A stretch of 64,000 nt of DNA, from positions 11-64,010 of the forward strand of contig JALOQR010000001.1 of the NCBI GenBank assembly GCA_025459365.1, read 5' to 3'. The DNA comes from Fimbriiglobus sp. Lineage in GTDB: Bacteria > Planctomycetota > Planctomycetia > Gemmatales > Gemmataceae. Below are positions 28,901 through 37,299 of the stretch, piece after piece; position 1 is the stretch's first letter; the number at the start of each line of letters is the position of its first letter. Below the pieces are notes generated by a model. The model was not told the DNA's origin and ran no database searches. It saw only the letters and a list, made by a program, of their open reading frames with translations. The position numbers and the translations under genes are program-made.

Positions 28901-29446
28901 CGGCTTGGTGTCGAACTTGGCCAGGGCAGCCCGGACGGCGGCGACGGTATCGTCGAAGGTGGCCGGGAGGCGAGCGTCGCCGCGGGTTGGCTTCGCCGAA
29001 CGATCAGGATCGTACAGGTCGAGCAGCGAGGCGAGGGCCGACAGGTTGATCTTGCCGAGGCTCGACGGATGATCCGGGTTGCCTTCGGCCTTGAGCGGGC
29101 GGCCTTCGGACTGCTTGACGATCAACCCGAGGCCGACCCCGCCGTGCTGGGGCATGGCGGTGGCGAAGAACAGCGGCACGCCCGGCCGGATGTGCTCCGG
29201 TTGCTTGACGTAGGGCACCACTTTCCGCTGGGAAGCGGGCTTGAACGACGGGTTGCACCCGGTGGCCAGGGCGATGCCGGCGGCCGAGAGGCTGAGGAAC
29301 GCCCGGCGAGACACCGGGTCGAGCCACTCGGCGGCGTCTTCGGGGAACTCGTCCCGCATCAGGTCGCGGAACTGCGGGCTGTTCATCCACGCCTCGACGC
29401 CCGGCAGCGGGTCGTTCGGCTTGGCGTTGGTGGGGTCAGCGGGCAT
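25976..29446 (-). CDS. actB: Alternative complex III subunit ActB (fused molybdopterin-oxidoreductase-like and 4Fe-4S domains)
   Basis: Tat-like SRRAFLSLSAAG. The 1156-aa C-terminal half carries ferredoxin clusters (CIGCGACTLAC, CMHCEKAPCEVVCP, CVGTRYCSNNCPY, CQQACPTGA). Confidence 0.9.
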   Translation of the reverse strand: MPADPTNAKPNDPLPGVEAWMNSPQFRDLMRDEFPEDAAEWLDPVSRRAFLSLSAAGIALATGCNPSFKPASQRKVVPYVKQPEHIRPGVPLFFATAMPQHGGVGLGLIVKQSEGRPLKAEGNPDHPSSLGKINLSALASLLDLYDPDRSAKPTRGDARLPATFDDTVAAVRAALAKFDTKPTADRGEGVRFLTAPTTSPTVQALMERFLARYPKAVWVQYEPVSRDNLRKATKAAFGKPLNPVYDLKAADVVLSLDADFLTQGAGAVRNALEFGGRRTVSTVGTHHDLEHKSGKHPKEEEVLNAAVGNLNRVYVVEAMPSAAGVAADHRLPLKPSELESFARALAAELKVEGVTAPGDLPDLAKKWLKPLAADLLKNKGKAVVIAGEQTSPATQLLALAINKAIDAIGKTVKFTDPLEAVKDPTAPGTRNTLAGWPADDHLAAFKQLTDDMKAGKVDCLLMSGVNPLYDAPADLKFGEALEAVRKTASPVLLHHGLYHDETAAKCNWHLNAAHYLESWGDVRGHDGSVSVIQPLIAPLYGGKTLIELLAAVLEETPADSLGQVRKTHEKLDEKTWETGLKKGVFDGTAFKPVVADVKFDAKLLDDAAFSVKPIKDLEIQFRPDPAVFDGQQANNGWLQELPKPITNLCWDNAAMVSPRTADKLKVQHGFTFNTYRSGERGATETDIVELTVNGRKLKAAVHVLPAHADDVVTLHLGYGRTRSGRVASPENDRVGFNAYELRGTDGLTTAKVDVVRTNGRHFLAIAGAHAAMESRRPYRYASKDQFVNDDQFAKVPPVAAAETHALLANLPGTPENLTRLGLKHPHAHDHGHGDHEHEHVHDKRVIPLSLYDPNPIKVTPHLPGAKAEDANKTYRRWAMSIDLGQCIGCGACTLACQAENNIPVVGKEQVHRGRAMHWIRIDRYYTIPTPGKLMSDEYGAFEVPEEERKKQIRRAEDIKIHTQPVPCMHCEKAPCEVVCPVAATVHSADGLNDMVYNRCVGTRYCSNNCPYKVRRFNFLQYADYSTDSLKLLNNPEVTVRTRGVMEKCTYCTQRIRIAEIEAEREWNNPARPKDTNGRPKILDGEVVTACQQACPTGAIKFGDMNDPAAEIMKWKAEPHTYGLLVEQNTMPRTSYLAAIRNPNPDLEAVIHDGKGA

Positions 29447-29556
29447 TCCTGGTCCTCTCCACTCTGGCGAGCGGGGGGCGTCAGCCCCCTGGTTGTTCGG
29501 TTCGGCGGTGGTGAGAGCAAACCGCGCCGGCGCGGTTTGCTCACCGGGGCGACGAC

Positions 29557-30294
29557 TTAGCGATGGCAGATGCTACAGTTCGTGAGCACTTGTGGCTCGC
29601 GGATCATGTGGGCCTTCTTGAGGGCCAGGCCCAACTCCGACTGGTTGCGGTATTCCTTCATCTTCGGGTGGCCATGTTCGTCGGTCACCACCTTGCCCTC
29701 GGCGTCGTATTCCGGCCCCTTGTACCCGGCAGCGGTGAAGCGCATGTTCTGCACCTCATCGAGCGGGCGAAGGTGCTTCTCGGGGGCACGGTGGCAGTCG
29801 AGGCACCACTCCATGTAGAGCGTCTTCGACTGGTACACCAGATTCATCTCGTCGATCTGCCCGTGGCACGACACGCACCCCACGCCTTTGTTCACGTGGA
29901 TGGAGTGGTTGAAGTAGGTGTAGTGCGGGACGTTGTGGATCTTCGTCCAGGCGATCGGGATACCGCGGCTGTAGCTGTCGCGAGCCGGGGCGAGAATGTC
30001 GGCTGCCTGCCAGATCTGCTGATGGCAGTTCATGCAGGTTTTGGTGGGCGGGAAGCCGGCGTTGGCCGAGTCGTACACCGCCGTGTGGCAGTACTTGCAA
30101 TCGATGCCAAGCTGACCAACGTGGTGTTTGTGGCTGAACGCGATCGGTTGCTCGGTCACCTCGCGGGCGCCGGTCACATAGTCCGACCGCACCAGGGCCG
30201 CGAGCGTCACCCCACCGCCGGCAGCCAGCAGTGGAATGGCCAGCAGGCTGACGCGGGCCACCACGTTCATGCTCTTCGGGAACACTTGGGCCAT
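29557..30294 (-). CDS. actA: Alternative complex III subunit ActA (pentahaem cytochrome c)
   Basis: Five CxxCH motifs (CKYCH, CMNCH, CVSCH, CLDCH, CSICH) after an N-terminal anchor. Start trimmed to the ATG at 30294 (MAQVFPKSMNVVARVS). Confidence 0.85.
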   Translation of the reverse strand: MAQVFPKSMNVVARVSLLAIPLLAAGGGVTLAALVRSDYVTGAREVTEQPIAFSHKHHVGQLGIDCKYCHTAVYDSANAGFPPTKTCMNCHQQIWQAADILAPARDSYSRGIPIAWTKIHNVPHYTYFNHSIHVNKGVGCVSCHGQIDEMNLVYQSKTLYMEWCLDCHRAPEKHLRPLDEVQNMRFTAAGYKGPEYDAEGKVVTDEHGHPKMKEYRNQSELGLALKKAHMIREPQVLTNCSICHR

Positions 30295-30399
30295 AGCAGC
30301 CTCGTTCGGCGAGCGGAGGGCATCAGCCCCCAGGTGAATCAACTCATTGGAAAGTGGTCGCTGGGGGCCAACGCCCTCCAGTCGCCACATCGAGATCAC

Positions 30400-30744
30400 T
30401 TAGAACGGCCACCACACCGCCAGGATCGGCGGCGGAGACTCTTCAAACGCCAGTTGCACAAATCGGTACGACCCCACAGCGGCACCGGCTCCACTCACAC
30501 CAAAGAGCAGGCCGAGCCAGGCCAGGTGTTCGCCATCTTTACCCGCGCGCCAGCCCATCGCGATGCTGATGAGGGCGAACAGGGTGGCGACGCTCGCCAC
30601 GCACAGCCCAAACGGGTACCACCAGAATGTCAGTGTGCCCCAGATCCCCAGGACGAACGACGAGGTGGCAAAGCCCCGCTTGGTCGTACTCTTGAGCGGA
30701 GTGAGTTTCGGCGGGGTGGCCGGAGTGGCCGGTGCGTCAGCCAT
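30400..30744 (-). CDS. Small membrane protein (114 aa, DUF4190-like pattern, tentative), first ORF of the ACIII operon
   Basis: Three hydrophobic helices (SSFVLGIWGTLTFWWYPFGLCVASVATLFALISIAMGW...). Ends just upstream of actA. Confidence 0.5.
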   Translation of the reverse strand: MADAPATPATPPKLTPLKSTTKRGFATSSFVLGIWGTLTFWWYPFGLCVASVATLFALISIAMGWRAGKDGEHLAWLGLLFGVSGAGAAVGSYRFVQLAFEESPPPILAVWWPF

Positions 30745-30825
30745 GAGTCAGCGCCTGCCGTCGGGAAGGGTGAAGCCACCCAGCAACCATCTCGGGTGGC
30801 CTATCGGTGCATCCGTTGTAGTGGT

Positions 30826-30837
30826 GATCGCGCGATC
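30826..30837. promoter_or_regulatory. 12-bp perfect palindrome GATCGCGCGATC about 85 nt upstream of the first ACIII-operon ORF
   Basis: Exact palindrome in a relatively low-GC 300-nt intergenic region. Candidate operator only. Confidence 0.2.
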
Positions 30838-31046
30838 GGGTAGCGGGCTCTGCAAAAACCGAACCATACCCACCGCACTTCCTTTCATAGCGGAAACCGC
30901 CTGAAATCGAAGGGGAACAACGCCCACGGCAGGGAAAACTGTGGCACTATTTCGGTACACATTCCCGATTCCTTCCCGAACCTGAGAATGCCGTCTCGGG
31001 TGAGTCTCACGGATGAGATTTTCGGACGTCTTCCGCCTCCCGGCTG

Positions 31047-32318
31047 TCACTTCCGCCCAATGCAGTACAGGTGCGTATAAGTGCGGATGAGCAGCACGTC
31101 CCCGACCGCCGCCGGCGACGCCTGACATCCGGCGTCGAGCTTGTTGGTGGCGATGCGGTTGAACCCTTTCGGGTCGGCGGCGATCACCTCCACCTTCCCT
31201 TCCATCTTCCCGCCGTCCCGCTTCCCCTCCGTGCAGCAGATCAGGTTGCCCTCCACCAGAATCGGCGAGGCCGAGCACTTGTCGGCGAGCCGTTCCTTCC
31301 ACTTTTCCTTGCCCGTCTTCGCGTCGACGCAGTACAAAGTGCCGTCGTCGTTCACGGCATACAGGTGATCGCCGACCACCACCGGCGAGGGGCGGGTGGG
31401 GCCATCTTTCATCTTCCACGCCACGTTCTTGTCGGTCACGTCGCCGCGACCTGGCCGCACCGCCACGAGCGTCTTCGTGTGCCCGGCGGTCAGGTACACC
31501 AACCCGTGTGCGAACACCGGGCGGCTGGCCTCGTTCATCCCCCCGTGGTACACCGTCCACAGTTCGTCCCCCGTCTTCGGGTCGTAGGCAATGGTCGCCT
31601 CGGCGGCCGACGACACCACCTGCGGTTGGCCGTCCACCTCGATCACCTGCGGAGTGCTGAACGCCTTCTTCAGGTCGCCGTTATCGGTCTTCCACTTGAT
31701 CGCCCGATCCTTCTTCCACCGCACTTCGCCGGTCTTCTTGTCCAGGCAGGCGAAGTACTGTTTGTCGTACCCGTCGAACGTGAGGAACAGCGAATCTCCC
31801 CACACCACCGGGCTGCTGGCCGGGCCGCGGAAGTGATCCACGAGCAGGTCGGTCTTCTCCCAGATCTTCTTGCCGGTCTTCAGGTCGAGGCATGCGGTGC
31901 CGTAGGCGCCGAAGTGAAAATACCCGCGGCCATCTTCGAGGAACGGGGTCGGCGAGGCGAACGAGTTGTATTGCTTGATGGCCGGCGGCTTGGCCACGGT
32001 GAACAGTTTCAGGTCGTGCTCCACCTTGCCCGTCTTCAGGTTCACGCAGACCGCGAATAACTCCTCACCCGTCTCCTTCGCCGTCGTCACCCACACCTGA
32101 TCGCCCCACACCACCGGGCTACTCCAGCCCTTGTCGTGGATGGCCGTCTTCCATCGCACGTTCTCGGCCTCGGAGAAGGTGGTGGGGATGCCCTTGGCGG
32201 TGGACACACCATCGCCGGTCGGCCCGCGGAAGGCGGGCCAGGTCGGGTCGGCGGCAGCCAGCGGAGCGGCAATCAGCAGGAGTGGGAGCACGGATCGCAT
32301 GGGAGAAGATCCCGGCAA
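31047..32318 (-). CDS. Secreted PQQ-like (BamB/PQQ_2-type) beta-propeller repeat protein
   Basis: Signal peptide, then repeated blades of type SSPVVWGD.V...G.L.A.D..TG...W. Confidence 0.8.
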   Translation of the reverse strand: MPGSSPMRSVLPLLLIAAPLAAADPTWPAFRGPTGDGVSTAKGIPTTFSEAENVRWKTAIHDKGWSSPVVWGDQVWVTTAKETGEELFAVCVNLKTGKVEHDLKLFTVAKPPAIKQYNSFASPTPFLEDGRGYFHFGAYGTACLDLKTGKKIWEKTDLLVDHFRGPASSPVVWGDSLFLTFDGYDKQYFACLDKKTGEVRWKKDRAIKWKTDNGDLKKAFSTPQVIEVDGQPQVVSSAAEATIAYDPKTGDELWTVYHGGMNEASRPVFAHGLVYLTAGHTKTLVAVRPGRGDVTDKNVAWKMKDGPTRPSPVVVGDHLYAVNDDGTLYCVDAKTGKEKWKERLADKCSASPILVEGNLICCTEGKRDGGKMEGKVEVIAADPKGFNRIATNKLDAGCQASPAAVGDVLLIRTYTHLYCIGRK

Positions 32319-32457
32319 GGTGGGACAGGCAGTGTAGCGAAACCGGCCCGACGATCAGATTTTCCCGGCCCACGTCTTGACATGGTCTACTCCGTGCTTA
32401 CCATTCGCAGTGCTGTTATAAATCGTGATACCAAACTCATCCCCAGGAGCCTGGAGT

Positions 32458-33531
32458 ATGCGATCGTCAGTCCGCCGCTCTGGTTTCACTCTGATCGAAC
32501 TGCTGGTGGTGATCGCCATCATCGCCATCCTCATTGGCCTGCTCCTCCCCGCCGTGCAGAAGGTGCGCGAAGCCGCCGCCCGGATGAGCAGCCAGAACAA
32601 CCTGAAGCAACTCGGCCTTGCCCTGCACAACTATGAAAGCGCCCTCGGCCGCCTGCCCGGCATGGCCGCCGCCAGCGGGGCGAACGGCAACTCCTTCGGC
32701 TGGTCGGTCCACGCCCAACTGCTGCCGTACATCGAGCAAGAGAACCTCGGCCGCGGCCTCGACTTCAACCAACCGCTGTTCGTCGGCACCTTCCCCACCC
32801 CGAGCTTCCAGTTGAACCCTCTGGTTCAGCCAATCGCCGCCACCCCGGTGAAGACGTTCCTCTGCCCGGCGGATGGGCAAAGCCCGCTCATCACCACGAA
32901 CAGTGGCGGTGCTACCCATGCCGCCACGAACTACGTCGTCTGCCTCGGGTCGGGCCTCGGCGGGCCGGGGGCCACTTCGCCCAACGGCATCGACACCCGC
33001 TTCCCGTCCGACGGCATGTTCCACTACGGCCCCGGCTACCGCCTGACCGACATCACCGACGGCACCAGCAATACTCTGTTCATGAGCCAGTGCCTGATCG
33101 GGCTGAACATGACGCTGACGAAGTCGGCGGCGGAGTTGACCCCGAACGAACGGGGACGCGTGACCGGAAACGTGCCCGGTCGCGGACTGTACACCGGCAG
33201 CACCGGAGCCAACCCTGGCTTCGGGCCGAGCACCCCCATCGTGGCCTCCGACGTTAGCCTCGTCACCAGCTGGCGGGGCACCCGCGGCGGGTCGTGGGTC
33301 TGGGGCAACGCCACCGCCAACGGATTCACCACCGCTCTCCCGCCGAACTCCCCCACCCCGGACCTGACCGCGCACGGCATGGGCTGGCTCAGCGCCCGCA
33401 GCAACTTCGCCGGAGGTGTGTGCGTGTGCCTCGGCGACGGCTCGGTGCGGTTCATCCGCAACGCCATCAACCTGAACACGTGGCGGGGCATGGCCACCCG
33501 GGCCGGCGGCGAGGTGCTCAACGACTTCTAG
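32458..33531 (+). CDS. DUF1559 protein with prepilin-type N-terminal cleavage/methylation domain
   Basis: [55 protein letters not shown] plus a C-terminal LGDGSVRFI motif. Hallmark planctomycetal family. Confidence 0.9.
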   Translation: MRSSVRRSGFTLIELLVVIAIIAILIGLLLPAVQKVREAAARMSSQNNLKQLGLALHNYESALGRLPGMAAASGANGNSFGWSVHAQLLPYIEQENLGRGLDFNQPLFVGTFPTPSFQLNPLVQPIAATPVKTFLCPADGQSPLITTNSGGATHAATNYVVCLGSGLGGPGATSPNGIDTRFPSDGMFHYGPGYRLTDITDGTSNTLFMSQCLIGLNMTLTKSAAELTPNERGRVTGNVPGRGLYTGSTGANPGFGPSTPIVASDVSLVTSWRGTRGGSWVWGNATANGFTTALPPNSPTPDLTAHGMGWLSARSNFAGGVCVCLGDGSVRFIRNAINLNTWRGMATRAGGEVLNDF

Positions 33532-33557
33532 ACCGAACCCGTTCACCTGAATCTCCA

Positions 33558-33620
33558 TGTCGTCGCCGCGAGCATGCAAGCGGGCCACCTCGGCCTGCTC
33601 GCATGCTCGCGGCGACGACA
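33558..33620 (+). terminator. 20-bp perfect stem hairpin downstream of the DUF1559 gene
   Basis: tgtcgtcgccgcgagcatgc (33558-33577) / 23-nt loop / gcatgctcgcggcgacgaca (33601-33620). No U-run. Confidence 0.45.
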
Positions 33621-33662
33621 CGCACTCCGTACTCCCACCCTCCGTCCAAGAGATCGTTTCCC

Positions 33663-35024
33663 ATGCTCCCCTTGCTCCTCGCTTCCGCCCTGGCAGCCAA
33701 CCCCGGCACCGACTCCTGGGCCGGTTTTCGCAACGACGGCTCCGGCCGCACCGCTGCTACCAACCTGCCGGTGAAGTGGTCGCCCACCGAGTTGGTTGCG
33801 TGGCGGGTAGAAACCCCCGGCTACGGCCAGTCGTCGCCGGTTGTGTGGAAGGGAAACGTCTACCTCACCAGCGTCGAGGGCGAGCAGAAGGAGAAGCTCC
33901 ACGTTTGCTGCTTCGCCGCTGCCGACGGGAAGAAACTCTGGGCGAAGACGTTCGACGCCACCCAGAAGGGGAAGAACAACCCGATGATGAGCCGGGCCGC
34001 CGGCACCCCAGTGGCCGACGCGGCGGGCGTCTATGCCTTGTTCGAGAGCGGCGACCTGATCGCGCTCGACCACGCCGGGCAGGTCCGCTGGCAGAGGCAT
34101 TTCGCCAAGGAGTTCGGCGAGTTGAAGAACAACCACGGCCTTGGCAGCAGCCCCGCGCAAACCGAATCGGCGGTAGTGGTCCTGCTCGACCACCAGGGGC
34201 CGAGCAAGTTGTTGGCAGTGGACAAGAGCACGGGCAAAGACGCCTGGGCGGTCGATCGCACCGCCCGATCGAGCTGGACAAGCCCGGTCGTGGTGAGCGG
34301 CACGGTGGTCGTCAGTAGTGGCGGCACCGTGACGGGGTACGCGGCGGCCGACGGCAAGCAGTTGTGGGAACTGGCCGGGCTGATCGGCAACAGCATTCCA
34401 TCGGCGGCGGTGACGGCCGACGGGGTGGTCGTGGCGGCCGGCGAGAACCGCCAGAAACCCGACGCCGACGGCACCAGCAAGTCGAACTGCAAGATCACCC
34501 TCGGCGGGAAGGACGGCTATTCGGTGGCGTGGCGGGCGAAGAAGTTGGCCGCCGGCACCGCCAGCCCGGTCGTCCACGCTGGGCACGTTTACTTCACCGA
34601 CAAGAGCGGTTTCGTGATCTGCCTCGACGAAAAGACCGGCGAGGAGAAATACCGCGAGCGGCTCGATAATCAGCAATGGGCCACGCCGATCGCCGCCGGC
34701 GAACACGTCTTCTTCTTCGGGAAGGACGGCATCACGACCGTGCTGAAGGCCGGCGACACGTTCGAGAAGGTGGCGAGCAACAAGGTGTGGAGCGACGCCG
34801 ACGCGGCCAAGCGGAAGGAGGAGGCGAAGAAGAAGGCCGAGGCGACGTTGCCGAAGCCGCCGGAGGGGGGCCGCGGGCCGGGCGGCGGGCCGCCGTTGCC
34901 GAAGGAGGAACTGGAAGCGACGCGGTACTCGGCCGTGGGCGATGTGGTCTACGGGGCGGCGGCGGTGGACGGGGCGTTCTTCGTGCGAACGGGCACGGAG
35001 TTGATCTGCATCCGGGCGAAGTGA
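33663..35024 (+). CDS. Secreted PQQ-like beta-propeller repeat protein (453 aa)
   Basis: Start trimmed to the ATG at 33663 (MLPLLLASALAANPG). Blades of type SSPVVW.GNVY....G.L.C....DGK.LW. A K/E- and P/G-rich insert sits near the C-terminus. Confidence 0.8.
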   Translation: MLPLLLASALAANPGTDSWAGFRNDGSGRTAATNLPVKWSPTELVAWRVETPGYGQSSPVVWKGNVYLTSVEGEQKEKLHVCCFAAADGKKLWAKTFDATQKGKNNPMMSRAAGTPVADAAGVYALFESGDLIALDHAGQVRWQRHFAKEFGELKNNHGLGSSPAQTESAVVVLLDHQGPSKLLAVDKSTGKDAWAVDRTARSSWTSPVVVSGTVVVSSGGTVTGYAAADGKQLWELAGLIGNSIPSAAVTADGVVVAAGENRQKPDADGTSKSNCKITLGGKDGYSVAWRAKKLAAGTASPVVHAGHVYFTDKSGFVICLDEKTGEEKYRERLDNQQWATPIAAGEHVFFFGKDGITTVLKAGDTFEKVASNKVWSDADAAKRKEEAKKKAEATLPKPPEGGRGPGGGPPLPKEELEATRYSAVGDVVYGAAAVDGAFFVRTGTELICIRAK

Positions 35025-35131
35025 GGTGGTCCGCCTCTCGGCCGGCGCGAGAGGGGCCTGGCGGAGAGCAAACTGTTGCCCCGCCTCCCCTTACTGGAGA
35101 GGGTCGGACGGAGCGACACTCCAGACGGGGA

Positions 35132-35175
35132 GGGGGGGTATGTGTGTGGCAGGTGGCAGTGTGGCAGAGGGGGGG
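35132..35175 (-). repeat. Repeat family A, copy 2 (inverted orientation)
   Basis: The reverse complement reads cccccccTCTGCCACACTGCCACCTGCCACACACATAccccccc, with a core identical to copy 1. Confidence 0.85.
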
Positions 35176-35192
35176 TACATTGCGGAGCCGTA

Positions 35193-35330
35193 CCGGCGGT
35201 GCAACGCCTCCCCCGATCACCAAGATTTATTCGACGTCCGAACGTCTGGGACAAGGCCGAACCTCCTGCGGAGCAAGTGGTTCGGGTGAGGGGCTTGGTG
35301 CTCCCCGGATGCGATCAGGTCACTCACCCT
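35193..35330. repeat. Repeat family C, copy 1
   Basis: The 71-nt core 35255-35325 (ggccgaacctcctgcggagcaagtggttcggg...ccccggatgcgatcaggtcactc) matches 58914-58984 at 59 of 71 positions in an ungapped hand alignment. The upstream flank also shows weaker similarity. Confidence 0.7.
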
Positions 35331-35355
35331 TCTCGCGTTGGGAGAAAAGAACCCA

Positions 35356-37041
35356 TCACTTGTTCACCGGCGGGGCCGGCGGGGTGCCGAACAGATCGCG
35401 GTTCACCTCCGCCTGGAGTTTCTCCGCACGGGCGGCATCTGTCAGGTAGAACACGTTGTCGATCACCACCGGCTTGAGGCCGTGCATGTCGCCGACAATC
35501 TTCAGCGCGGTGAGCAGCCGAACGTCGTTGAAGTTGGCCGTGACGGTCGTCTTGTCCACGTCGGGGAGGGCTTTCGCGTTCAGCACGATGTTCGCCCCGG
35601 TCCGCTCTTGCAGATCTTCGACCACCTCGGCCAGCGGCTTGTTCTTGTAGCGGACCGTGACAGGCTCGCCGTACATGTCTTCGAGCAACTGGCCCGGCGT
35701 CACCAACTGCTGGCCCGGCTCCCCGTTTTGGCCGGAGTTGGGGATGGTGGCCGGCTTGTACTCCGGCACGATGAGAATGGAGTTCCCCTTGATGCGGTAC
35801 GACAGCAGGTGCATCTGCCCCTCACTGCTGCCGCCTCGCACCTGGGCAAGCAACTCCCGCAACGCGTCCTCGATCGGCACCCGCTTCAACCCGGTCGCCC
35901 GGATGGGTCTGCTGTAAATGCCCTGCTGGAGATCCTCGTACTCCGCATCCCCTTCCCCCCACCCCCGCCGGCGGAAACTCGCGGTGTCGAGCCGGATGTT
36001 CAGCCCGTGTTCCGCCTCCAGCCTGTCGAACACATCCCCCAACTTCAGCCCGTCCCCGGAGATCGACACCTCGGCCTTCAGTACCTTCTGCACGTCGTCG
36101 GCGGTCTTCAGACTCACCGCCTTTGCCTCCGGCTTCTCGTCCTCGGCTGGCAGTTTCTTCTCGTCGGCAGCTTTCTTCGCCTCCGCCGGCTTCTTCTCCT
36201 GGGCAGCGACATACATGCCCACGCCCCCGCCGCCGACCACGGTCGTGCTGAACGCCAGCACCACCAGCCATTTCAGGTTGTTCGCCATCGGTCGTACCCC
36301 GTTCGCGGTGTGAAGAAGGTGTTCGGCCCCGACCGTCGGTACGCCGGCGGCGTAGTCGAGGGCCACGGTGATCACGCTGGTTGCCAGGACGGCGGCACGG
36401 GTCGATGCAGCGGCCGTTTCGGAAGTCAGCAGATTTTCGACCGCCAACAATGCTGCCGCCGCGATGCCCCGGCGGATCAGCCGTTCCCGCAGTTTCTGCT
36501 TTGCCGTGCTGAGCCGCGAATCAACGGTCCCTTTCGGGATGCCGAGCAACCCGGCCGCCTCCGTGTTCGTTCGCCCTTCCACGAGGCACAGCACGGCCAC
36601 CGACCGGAACCGCGCCGGCAGAGCAAGCAACTCCTCGTCGATCACTGCTCTCATGTCGTTTTCAATGGGCGGCGGCATCATTACGGCGGGGTCGGTGGTG
36701 AGCGGTTCTGGCTTGCAGCGATGCACCCGACCGGCGAGTTTGCGGGCGGAGAGCCATGCCACCCGGTAGAGCCACCCGCCGAGGGCGTTCGGATCGGCGA
36801 TTTTCCCGGCGTCGCGGGCCAGGGCCATGAACGCGACCTGGTGGGCGTCTTCGGCGTCCGGCATATTGCCAAGTACCCGCCGGCAAACTGCGAGCACCAT
36901 CGCCCCATGCCGCCGGGCAATCTCCGCAAACGCTTCCGCCTCGTGGGTTTGCACGAACCGGCGGAGCAGGTCGGCATCAGACCCGGCGTCAGCCGGCGGG
37001 CGGAGTCGGCCAAACAGACCACCGAGGCTAAGGGTTGTCAT
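35356..37041 (-). CDS. ECF-type sigma-70 factor fused in frame to a TM helix and an extracytoplasmic region with two STN/secretin-N0-like modules (561 aa)
   Basis: Region 2 (DAEDAHQVAFMALAR, WLYRVAW) and region 4 HTH (LPARFRSVAVLCLVEGRTNTEAAGLLGIPKGTVDSRLSTAKQKLR), then the hydrophobic helix LKWLVVLAFSTTVVGGGGVGMYVAA, then two modules of type L.DV...L....G.NI.LD......V......V....AL..... . Start trimmed to the ATG at 37041. Confidence 0.8.
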   Translation of the reverse strand: MTTLSLGGLFGRLRPPADAGSDADLLRRFVQTHEAEAFAEIARRHGAMVLAVCRRVLGNMPDAEDAHQVAFMALARDAGKIADPNALGGWLYRVAWLSARKLAGRVHRCKPEPLTTDPAVMMPPPIENDMRAVIDEELLALPARFRSVAVLCLVEGRTNTEAAGLLGIPKGTVDSRLSTAKQKLRERLIRRGIAAAALLAVENLLTSETAAASTRAAVLATSVITVALDYAAGVPTVGAEHLLHTANGVRPMANNLKWLVVLAFSTTVVGGGGVGMYVAAQEKKPAEAKKAADEKKLPAEDEKPEAKAVSLKTADDVQKVLKAEVSISGDGLKLGDVFDRLEAEHGLNIRLDTASFRRRGWGEGDAEYEDLQQGIYSRPIRATGLKRVPIEDALRELLAQVRGGSSEGQMHLLSYRIKGNSILIVPEYKPATIPNSGQNGEPGQQLVTPGQLLEDMYGEPVTVRYKNKPLAEVVEDLQERTGANIVLNAKALPDVDKTTVTANFNDVRLLTALKIVGDMHGLKPVVIDNVFYLTDAARAEKLQAEVNRDLFGTPPAPPVNK

Positions 37042-37299
37042 GAGCCGGTTCCGAGCAGGTTCACGGGAATAGTTCCGGGTCGGAGGCGGATACTTCGGAT
37101 TTTTTCGCCGGTTGCGGGCACTATTCAGTGGGATGCTGGGTACTACAGAGGGGGGTGAGGCGTCGGTATTCTGAACCGGCAACGCCTGTCGCCGGGTGAT
37201 ACGCCCCCTCGTGGGGGGCCTGCCCACGAACCCGACAACGCCCATCGGCTCGCGGCGTTGGTCCGGGTGGGTGACGGAACACCACAACCAAGAAGGGCT

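Noticed and set aside
32458-33531. The DUF1559 prepilin-like gene as the pilin or pseudopilin partner of the giant secretin.
   Set aside because: It lies 12 kb away, separated by unrelated genes on both strands. DUF1559 genes occur in very large paralogous families in planctomycetes, so proximity at this scale is not evidence of linkage.
37042-37299. ECF-type autoregulatory promoter (GGAAC-N16/17-CGT) in the sigma/kinase divergent region.
   Set aside because: GGAAC-like pentamers occur, but they are too close to the start codons or lack a correctly spaced -10 element. There is no supportable call.
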